Origin: a virus
Lineage: Duplodnaviria; Caudoviricetes
Length of the DNA: 52,775 bases
IMG/VR virus record: IMGVR_UViG_3300042569_001606
Coordinates: 1 to 52,775 of that record
Direction: 5' to 3' (one strand)
Below, one piece after another: positions 46,409 through 52,775 of the stretch (the stretch's first letter is position 1; the number at the start of each line of letters is the position of its first letter). The notes beneath the pieces were generated by a model. It was not told the origin of the DNA and did no database searches. It was given only the letters and a program-made list of their open reading frames with translations. The position numbers and the translations under genes were made by a program.

Positions 46409-47068
46409 TCAGAACGGGAGATCGTCGTTGTCCGGATCGGTGAACGGATCGGTGGTCGTTGTCGTGCCGCCCCCGCCGCTGTCGTTCGTGCTGCCGCCGT
46501 TGTTGCTCGTGCCTTCCTTGGCCTTCGCCTTGTAGGGCTCTTCAACCCGGTCTTCACGCTTGCCGACGGTGGTGCTCCAGTCCGGAGCCTCGGTGTAGCG
46601 CTTGCGAGTCTCGGCGGTGAGCACCTTCACCTGCTCCACCTCGACGTCGATCCATGGCCGGTTGGGGTTCTGTTCGTTCTTGCGGCTGCTCACGAGCAGC
46701 TTCATCGCGAACGGAACGCCGGTGACGGCCAGCATCGCGTCGTCGCTGTCCGGATCGAAGCCGTCCAGCTCGGTTTCGTTGCTGCCCGTGGCGAGCAGCA
46801 GGAAGGCCAGGCGGGCAGCGTTGGCATCCTTGGCGAAGTCGGCCCAGTAGTCGACGGTGAAGCTGCTGCCCACGGCCTCCTTGTTCGCCTCGTCGAGGGC
46901 CTTGAGCACGAAGACCTTGTAGCGCACCGACTTGGTGCCCTTGGCGTTCTCACGGCGCTGGAAGGACTGGATGACGCACTGAATCGCACCGGTCTTGACC
47001 TTGGTGGCGGCGACTTTCTGATCGCCCTCGAAGTTTTTGACGTGTTTGCCGAAGCTGTAGCGGGCCAT
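46409..47068 (-). CDS. Putative single-stranded DNA-binding protein
   Basis: Gly-rich linker, acidic DDLPF C-terminus, adjacent to the AAA ATPase. Confidence 0.7.
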   Translation of the reverse strand: MARYSFGKHVKNFEGDQKVAATKVKTGAIQCVIQSFQRRENAKGTKSVRYKVFVLKALDEANKEAVGSSFTVDYWADFAKDANAARLAFLLLATGSNETELDGFDPDSDDAMLAVTGVPFAMKLLVSSRKNEQNPNRPWIDVEVEQVKVLTAETRKRYTEAPDWSTTVGKREDRVEEPYKAKAKEGTSNNGGSTNDSGGGGTTTTTDPFTDPDNDDLPF

Positions 47069-47130
47069 GGTGCTGTCCGTTCTGTGTGGTCGTTGCGGTT
47101 ACGGGTGACTGGTTCTCGTGCTGTGCTGGG

Positions 47131-47943
47131 CTACTCTGCCGAGGTGCCCAGCTTTGTCCAGATGGCGACACGCTCAGCCAGCGCGGCGTCGTCGGGAGGT
47201 GGCTGCCCGAGCATTCGGGCGATGACGTGCAAGGGCTCGACGGGCTCTCTGTTGTCGAGGCCAGCGGCGATCTTCGTGGTGTACCGCTCCCCTGCGTAGA
47301 AGCTGATCTGTCGACGCACAGCGCCGCTCTGCATCTCGGCGGAGTGCACGTAGCCCACCGCCTGGACGAACTGCGCCAGCTCGTTGGGCAGCTTCTTCCC
47401 GAGCACCGCAGGCCGGTGGACCATGCCCATGCCCTCCACCTTTTCCTCGGCGTCGAGGGTGATCACGACGACGTGGGCGTGAGCGTCGCGGATCGTGCGC
47501 ATCAGGCTGGCGGTCTTGTCGAGGATGACGCCCCACGTGTCGAGGTCGGTGACGTCCTGGCGCTTCTCCTGCCGGCTGGTGAAGTGCTCTTTGATCATCC
47601 GCTGCGCGTCGGTGAGCGAGTCGAGCACGACGCTGTCGAACCGCTTGCCGATGTTCGGCGACGCAGCGAGGGCCACGAAGTCGATCAAGTCCTGGAACGA
47701 CTCGATGACGAACACGGACGCCTTGGGGTTGATCCGCTTGATCGACGGCACCGCCTGCTTCTCGGTGAGCCCGATCAGTGGGCGAGGCATCCCGGCGCCG
47801 AAAGACGTCTTGCCGGCGCCGCTGGGCCCGTAGAGCAGGATCTTGGCTTTGTCGAGGCTGGCCATGTCGTCGGCGCTCTTGATGCGGTCAAGGATCGACG
47901 GCTTCACTGGCTTTGCTGCTGGTGCTGGTTGTTCTTCGGCCAT
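47131..47943 (-). CDS. AAA_24/Sak4-like ATPase
   Basis: KILLYGPSGAGKT, VVLDSLT. Confidence 0.85.
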   Translation of the reverse strand: MAEEQPAPAAKPVKPSILDRIKSADDMASLDKAKILLYGPSGAGKTSFGAGMPRPLIGLTEKQAVPSIKRINPKASVFVIESFQDLIDFVALAASPNIGKRFDSVVLDSLTDAQRMIKEHFTSRQEKRQDVTDLDTWGVILDKTASLMRTIRDAHAHVVVITLDAEEKVEGMGMVHRPAVLGKKLPNELAQFVQAVGYVHSAEMQSGAVRRQISFYAGERYTTKIAAGLDNREPVEPLHVIARMLGQPPPDDAALAERVAIWTKLGTSAE

Positions 47944-47996
47944 TGGCGTTCTTTCTGCCCGCGTGGGGCTGCTTGCTGGTCTGCAAGGTGGGGAGG

Positions 47997-48245
47997 TCAG
48001 AAGGGGAGGGTGTCGCCAAAAGATGCGCGACCAAGTTGGGTCATGCCGTCACGGATACGGTGGCGGGTAGCGTCGTCGACACGGGTGAGCACGAGGAACG
48101 CGCTACACGCAGACTCGGTGCCGTAGAACACGACGCTGTGCGGCTCCACGCTGTTGGGGTCGTAGGCGATCACGAAACACTGGTCAGGGTCAGGCGTTCC
48201 GGTGTTGTCGACGGAGGGGCAGAGGTACAGCACGACGTTGGACAT
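47997..48245 (-). CDS. Hypothetical protein
   Basis: AGGAG RBS. Confidence 0.65.
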   Translation of the reverse strand: MSNVVLYLCPSVDNTGTPDPDQCFVIAYDPNSVEPHSVVFYGTESACSAFLVLTRVDDATRHRIRDGMTQLGRASFGDTLPF

Positions 48246-48303
48246 TGGGTTCTCCTGCGTGGGAAAGGGCGCCGACCGAAGCCAGCGCCGTGAAGGGTGA
48301 GGG

Positions 48304-48480
48304 TCAGACGTCCCAGCCGATGGACCGGGCGAACGCGATCAGGCTCTCCATCGCCTCGTCGTCGTCAATGCTTTCATCCCACGGCATCTCGTCTTCGGTG
48401 GGCTGTTGGTCGTCGTCGATGCCCTCGCATCGAGCGCAACCGCAGTAGGACGATTCGGGGTTGAAGTGGCTGGTGAACAT
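48304..48480 (-). CDS. Small acidic protein with CGCARC
   Basis: GAGGAG RBS; follows cassette B. Confidence 0.65.
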   Translation of the reverse strand: MFTSHFNPESSYCGCARCEGIDDDQQPTEDEMPWDESIDDDEAMESLIAFARSIGWDV

Positions 48481-48497
48481 CGGTGGGCTCCTCTTGG

Positions 48498-48552
48498 GCT
48501 GCATCCCGCAGCTCGTGAGCGACCCTAACCCGGATTCGCATAAAAAGGAAAG
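48498..48552 (-). promoter_or_regulatory. Promoter-hairpin cassette B
   Basis: Minus strand CTTTCCTTTTTATGCGAATCCGGGTTAGGGT then GCTGC GGGAT GCAGC. Confidence 0.75.
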
Positions 48553-48558
48553 TCCTTT

Positions 48559-49878
48559 CTACGCAAACGGATCTGTCTCTGGCTTCCACTCGTTTGATGG
48601 CTCTGCATCGCGTTGCTTAAAGCGGAAAGGCAACCCGAGCTTGGCGGCTTTTTCGCGCTCCGGTGTGATCGCCCACGGTCCGGAGAGATCACCCCGCAGC
48701 TCTTCGTGGCGCACCGATCGCAGCTGGTACCCGATTCGCACCTGTGCGCCGTCCTCCAAGCAGATGCGGGAGTAGGGGCAGGGGTTGGCCGCAGGACCGA
48801 CGCACGAGGCCACCTGACGCGGGTGATACGGGCGCCGCTGTGCCTCGATGCGCGTGAGCGCCCACCAGCCTGCATCGGTCTGCCAGTCGTCGAGGTCACC
48901 TTGCCCGAGTGGGTACCGCTCACGGGCGAAAAACTGGCGGTTGCTCAGGGCGTCGAGCACGTCGGCATACCTGCCGGGGTCGAGCCCGTTGGCGAGGATC
49001 GTCTGGAGGTAGACGGCCCGCGTCGTGTCGATCCGCTTGTCCCTCGACAGCCCCGGCGAAACCGGGTGCGGCGTCGCCTTCGTGGGCTTCGGCGGAGCCA
49101 GCATCTCCGGGACACGCGGCACGCTCTTACGCAGCGTGTTGTAGATGACGCCTGCGACCTCGACGGGCACCTTGACGTCGGAGATCGATGCGATCGGGTC
49201 GCGCAGCAGCCACGCATAGCAGCGGATCTGGGGGTCCAGGCGGAGCTTGCGCCCGTAGCGGATCAGGTCGCGCTCCGCCGTCGTCTTGTGCTCGACGATC
49301 CACACGAGCCCGGTGCTTCGCTCCCGGATGAGCAGGTCCATCTCGCCGCCCTGTGCCCACCGGCGCCACGTTTTCTTGCCCGTGAGCGTCACGAGCTGGC
49401 CCTGACTCAGCTCGGTTGCGGGTGGCCTGTCGAGGATCGGCCCGCCGTGTTCCGGGTGCACGAGCCAGCGGCCCACCTGCGTGCCCACACCCAGGATCTC
49501 CCACTCTGTCGAGTCGTGCTGCCAGTGGTGCTCGACGTAGTGGGCGAACATCCCCCAGCTCTCGGCGGCGATCTCGTTGTTCTCCCGGTGCATCTCGTCG
49601 GGCATCAGGCCCTCGTATGCGGCCACGGCCTCGGCAACAGCGGCGCGGCGCTGGTCCAGCCACGGCTCGATGACGGCCCCGTACAACCAGAGGCACGACT
49701 GCGGCGGCAAGCAGCCGTTGCGGTACCACGCGTCAAGCAGCCTGTGGACCAACGAGCCCTGCCTGAGCGCAGCGGGCGACTCTCCCTTGGGGGCAAGGCC
49801 CTCGACGTAGCGGAAGGCCCATTTGCGCTCGCAGGCGGAGGTGCCGCGCTCGCTGTTCGTGACGACTCGCATCAGCAT
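48559..49878 (-). CDS. PD-(D/E)XK exonuclease, Cas4/AddB-like
   Basis: ACERKW, GSLVH, GEMDL..IVEHKT, QIRCY, C-terminal C..C..C. Confidence 0.85.
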   Translation of the reverse strand: MLMRVVTNSERGTSACERKWAFRYVEGLAPKGESPAALRQGSLVHRLLDAWYRNGCLPPQSCLWLYGAVIEPWLDQRRAAVAEAVAAYEGLMPDEMHRENNEIAAESWGMFAHYVEHHWQHDSTEWEILGVGTQVGRWLVHPEHGGPILDRPPATELSQGQLVTLTGKKTWRRWAQGGEMDLLIRERSTGLVWIVEHKTTAERDLIRYGRKLRLDPQIRCYAWLLRDPIASISDVKVPVEVAGVIYNTLRKSVPRVPEMLAPPKPTKATPHPVSPGLSRDKRIDTTRAVYLQTILANGLDPGRYADVLDALSNRQFFARERYPLGQGDLDDWQTDAGWWALTRIEAQRRPYHPRQVASCVGPAANPCPYSRICLEDGAQVRIGYQLRSVRHEELRGDLSGPWAITPEREKAAKLGLPFRFKQRDAEPSNEWKPETDPFA

Positions 49879-50540
49879 CAGAGATCTCCGAAGTCGCGGG
49901 GTTCATCGGCCAGCAGATCGTCGAGGTCGGCATCACCGAGGCCGCCCGACGTCATGCCCATCCGGACCAGCGACTGGTAAGCGGCCTGCTCTCCGCCATC
50001 CGGGTCGTGGAGCTCAAGCCCAAGGTGGCCATCGCGTTCAAGGGTGGCGCGGCGGGTTCGTGGAAGGTCGACGGTGCGGATCTCGTCGTGGTTGAGGGTG
50101 CCGGTGTTCGTGTTGAACCTCACGTCATCGTCGTCGCCGACCCATTCCTGCTTGTTCAGGGCGGCGACAGCGTTGACCACACGGCGGCAGGTGGCGATGT
50201 CCATCTGGCCCATGTGCGCCTGCTCCGGGGTGAGCCGCAGCGTCGAGGCCAGCCAGCCGTAAGCCTCGCCACGCGTCATCGTGCCGTTGCGCCAGAGGCG
50301 ATCGAACACCGCGTGGGCGAGGGACCGAGCCCGCCGCAGCTCAGGGTTTGCGGGCACGCCCAGCGCCTTGTCGGTGCCAGGGTGGCAGCCAACCCACCCG
50401 CCACAGCCCTCGCAGAGCCAGAACAGCTTGTCCTTGAGGTCGACGCGGCCCCGGTACAGCTCGTCGCCTCGACGAAGCCGCATCTGTATGCGGCCACCGC
50501 AGCACGTCGACGGTGCGCGTTTTGGAATGCGGAAGGCCAC
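49878..50540 (-). CDS. DUF3268-like zinc-finger protein
   Basis: CEGCGGWVGCHPGT..LG..A..LRRAR..H..FD.LW..AYGWLA..H. Confidence 0.8.
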   Translation of the reverse strand: MAFRIPKRAPSTCCGGRIQMRLRRGDELYRGRVDLKDKLFWLCEGCGGWVGCHPGTDKALGVPANPELRRARSLAHAVFDRLWRNGTMTRGEAYGWLASTLRLTPEQAHMGQMDIATCRRVVNAVAALNKQEWVGDDDDVRFNTNTGTLNHDEIRTVDLPRTRRATLERDGHLGLELHDPDGGEQAAYQSLVRMGMTSGGLGDADLDDLLADEPRDFGDL

Positions 50541-50542
50541 GG

Positions 50543-50758
50543 TTACCCCCAGAAGTCGACGGGTTCCACGTCGACGGCAGTGGCGATGGCTTCGAGGCTC
50601 GACACCTGAAGCGCTGCGCCGTTTTCGTTGATCGCCCGGTACAGCGTCGAGGTGGACAGGCCTGCGGCTTTGGCGACCTCCGCCGTGCTCACGCCGATCC
50701 GTTCGCGGGCCTCGGTGAAAACCTTGGTGAACTGAAACTTCTGCTTCTTGCTGGCCAT
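50543..50758 (-). CDS. XRE-family HTH regulator
   Basis: ARERIGVSTAEVAKAAGLSTSTLYR..LEAIATAVDV; AAGGAG RBS. Confidence 0.85.
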   Translation of the reverse strand: MASKKQKFQFTKVFTEARERIGVSTAEVAKAAGLSTSTLYRAINENGAALQVSSLEAIATAVDVEPVDFWG

Positions 50759-50787
50759 GTTCTTGTTTCTCCTTTGCGGGAATGCGC

Positions 50788-52308
50788 TCAGAAAGCGCGG
50801 ATTGGCGTGCCTGCCCCGTCGAGGGCGGCAAGCACGAGGGTTTTGCGGGCACGGGTGATCGCGACGTAGGCCAGATTGCGTTCCTGGCCGACCTCCCACG
50901 CCTGCTTCGCCATCCGCGACGGCAGCCGGTGGGGGTCAAGGATCACGACGCGGTCAGCTTCGGAGCCCTTGGCCTTGTGGATCGTCGAGAGCGTGACGAC
51001 GTTCTTCACCTCGTCAGAGAACATCGACGTGATCGCCTCTTCCAGCTCGGGCAGCGTGCGCACTTCGAGGGCGAAGGCCCGCAGCGTCTCCACCTTGTCG
51101 TGGAGCGCTTCCAGCTTGTGCTCGTGGCCGGCCTTCTTCAGCTTCTCGGTCTGCGTCTTGGTGTAGCTGACCAGCTTTTCCAGCAGGTGCGACACTGACG
51201 TGGGGCGGAGCTGCTTCACGAGGGCGCTGAGCCCCTGGCCGATCTCGCGACCGAGCACGCGACACGGCACGCGCTTGCGCAGGAGGCGATAGGCCAGCGT
51301 GATCAGCGGAGCGGTGTTGCGGCAGATGACGAAGTCATCGGCAAGCCAGTCGTGTTTCTCCAGCGACGGCGCCAGCACGACGGTACCCGCAGGAGCCCCG
51401 GCGACTGCTTCGAGGTGCGGCACGAACTGCTTGGCGATCGCGACGACGTCGGTGGGGCAACGGTAGGTGACCGTGAGGGGGAACGCCTGAGCGCCAAACT
51501 CCCGACCGATGGCCCCGAGGCTGTCGCTGTCGGCGCCACGGAAGCCGTAGATGGCCTGATGGGCATCGCCCACGGCGATCAGGCGCCCGTCGTCAGCAAC
51601 CGCGCCGTGCAGCATCTTGCGCTGAATCGCGCTCACGTCTTGGGCCTCGTCGATCATCACCCACTTGAACCGGGGCATCGGCAGCCCAAGCACGACGGTC
51701 AGGTACAGCTGGTCGTCGAAGTCGATCACGTTCGTGTCGAGCAGGCCGATGCGGAGCACCTTGCGGGCGTGCTCGATGGCCTGCGGCATCAGCGTGTCGT
51801 CGTTGTACGGCGCCGCGATGTCGAAGTGGTCGATGATGTGATCCCACTCCGCCTTCGTGTCCTCGACGATGCCCACCGCGTTGTGGATGCCGCTCGGAAC
51901 AAGGCCGACGGTCTTGGCTTTGCCCACGAGCTTGCTGACCGTCGACGCCCACTTGCGGCACTCGGCGGAGCCTTTTCCAAACAGGTTGTCGATGATCGTG
52001 CTGGTCTTCTTGGCGTCGAGGCGAACGTTGCCAAACTCTCGGCAAACGCAGCGGTGACCGAGGCTGTTGAGCGTCATCGCGCTGACGTGCGACGGCATCC
52101 CGCGACCCTGCACCTCTTCCACGGCCTTCTTGTTGAAGGCGAGGTAGAGCACGCGATCGGTGCTGGGGATCCGCGTTGCTGCTTCGCGCAGCGTCGTCGT
52201 CTTGCCGGAGCCCGCGACCGCTTCGAGGATCGCGGCGCGGTGCTTGGGCGCGGGATCCTCTACCCAGGAGAAGAACGCGGCGTGCTGTGGGGTGATCTGA
52301 AAAGCCAT
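50788..52308 (-). CDS. UvrD/Rep-like SF1 helicase
   Basis: AVAGSGKT, IDEAQD, VGDAHQAIYGFRGA, TYRCP, TIHKAKGSE, YVAITRAR. Confidence 0.92.
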   Translation of the reverse strand: MAFQITPQHAAFFSWVEDPAPKHRAAILEAVAGSGKTTTLREAATRIPSTDRVLYLAFNKKAVEEVQGRGMPSHVSAMTLNSLGHRCVCREFGNVRLDAKKTSTIIDNLFGKGSAECRKWASTVSKLVGKAKTVGLVPSGIHNAVGIVEDTKAEWDHIIDHFDIAAPYNDDTLMPQAIEHARKVLRIGLLDTNVIDFDDQLYLTVVLGLPMPRFKWVMIDEAQDVSAIQRKMLHGAVADDGRLIAVGDAHQAIYGFRGADSDSLGAIGREFGAQAFPLTVTYRCPTDVVAIAKQFVPHLEAVAGAPAGTVVLAPSLEKHDWLADDFVICRNTAPLITLAYRLLRKRVPCRVLGREIGQGLSALVKQLRPTSVSHLLEKLVSYTKTQTEKLKKAGHEHKLEALHDKVETLRAFALEVRTLPELEEAITSMFSDEVKNVVTLSTIHKAKGSEADRVVILDPHRLPSRMAKQAWEVGQERNLAYVAITRARKTLVLAALDGAGTPIRAF

Positions 52309-52324
52309 TGTGCTGTCCTCGTGT

Positions 52325-52339
52325 GCTGCTTCCCGCAGC
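52325..52339 (-). promoter_or_regulatory. GGGAN-loop hairpin, copy G
   Basis: Minus strand GCTGC GGGAA GCAGC then ACACGAGGA. Confidence 0.7.
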
Positions 52340-52359
52340 GGTGTGCTTGTGGTGGTTGC

Positions 52360-52623
52360 TCAGCCGTTGAGCGGCCAACCGCTTTTCTTCCAAACGGTGT
52401 TCTGCGTGATCTTCTTGCCGACCTTGACGACGTGGTCGACGACGACGTCAGCGACCGGGTTGATGTCAACCCTGCCGGACTCGTGAGCGACCGTCGCCGC
52501 ATAGATGGCGGCTTTTTCGGTGGCGTGGGTACGACCGATCTGAACCCAGCTCTGCGAGCGCAGGCACCAGTACTTGGCGACGTAGAACTCTGAGGCTTTG
52601 GGCTCGGTCTTGAGGGTGAACAT
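52360..52623 (-). CDS. Hypothetical protein, first gene of the leftward arm
   Basis: AGGAGG RBS. Confidence 0.7.
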   Translation of the reverse strand: MFTLKTEPKASEFYVAKYWCLRSQSWVQIGRTHATEKAAIYAATVAHESGRVDINPVADVVVDHVVKVGKKITQNTVWKKSGWPLNG

Positions 52624-52638
52624 CGGCGGACCTCCTGT

Positions 52639-52690
52639 GTCGCATCCCGCGACCCGCCGACCGTAACCCGCATTCGCAAAAAAAGGAAAG
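52639..52690 (-). promoter_or_regulatory. Promoter-hairpin cassette A
   Basis: Minus strand CTTTCCTTTTTTTGCGAATGCGGGTTACGGT then GTCGC GGGAT GCGAC. Confidence 0.75.
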
Positions 52691-52775
52691 CGCTAAATGC
52701 GAAACCGTCGACTGACGGCCTGATCTGCTGCGCTTGCGTTCAGGCTTTTCTTTTTTCGGGAGGTGGAGGAAGCTG
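52649..52775. repeat. Terminal direct repeat, copy 2
   Basis: Identical to 1-127. Confidence 0.95.

Noticed and set aside
48559-49878. CRISPR-Cas system suggested by the Cas4-like nuclease
   Set aside because: No repeat-spacer array or other cas genes were seen, and the context is a recombination module

Overview
The window looks like a complete, circularly assembled high-GC tailed phage genome of about 52.65 kb. Bases 1-127 repeat exactly at 52649-52775. It is siphovirus-like: there is a tail tube and tape measure but no sheath. The rightward arm (307-42315) carries an HTH initiator, primase-helicase, RuvC-like resolvase, two DNA methyltransferases, a ParB-ParB-glycosyltransferase block, terminase, a portal-MuF fusion, HK97-type head, tail, lysis genes, a second structural block and dCTP deaminase. 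The leftward arm (42316-52623) carries a UvrD-like helicase, XRE and MarR regulators, a Cas4-like exonuclease/AAA/SSB recombination module, a ParB-like protein and DUF5131. I recognised no integrase, DNA polymerase, tRNA or CRISPR array. The most striking unexplained signal is a dispersed family of seven hairpins, NNNGC-GGGAN-GCNNN, with covarying outer stems. Each ends 15-17 nt upstream of a start codon. Four lie behind a shared promoter-like motif, forming what look like portable promoter-hairpin-RBS cassettes that drive accessory genes. All protein calls come from motif recognition by eye; no database searches were run.
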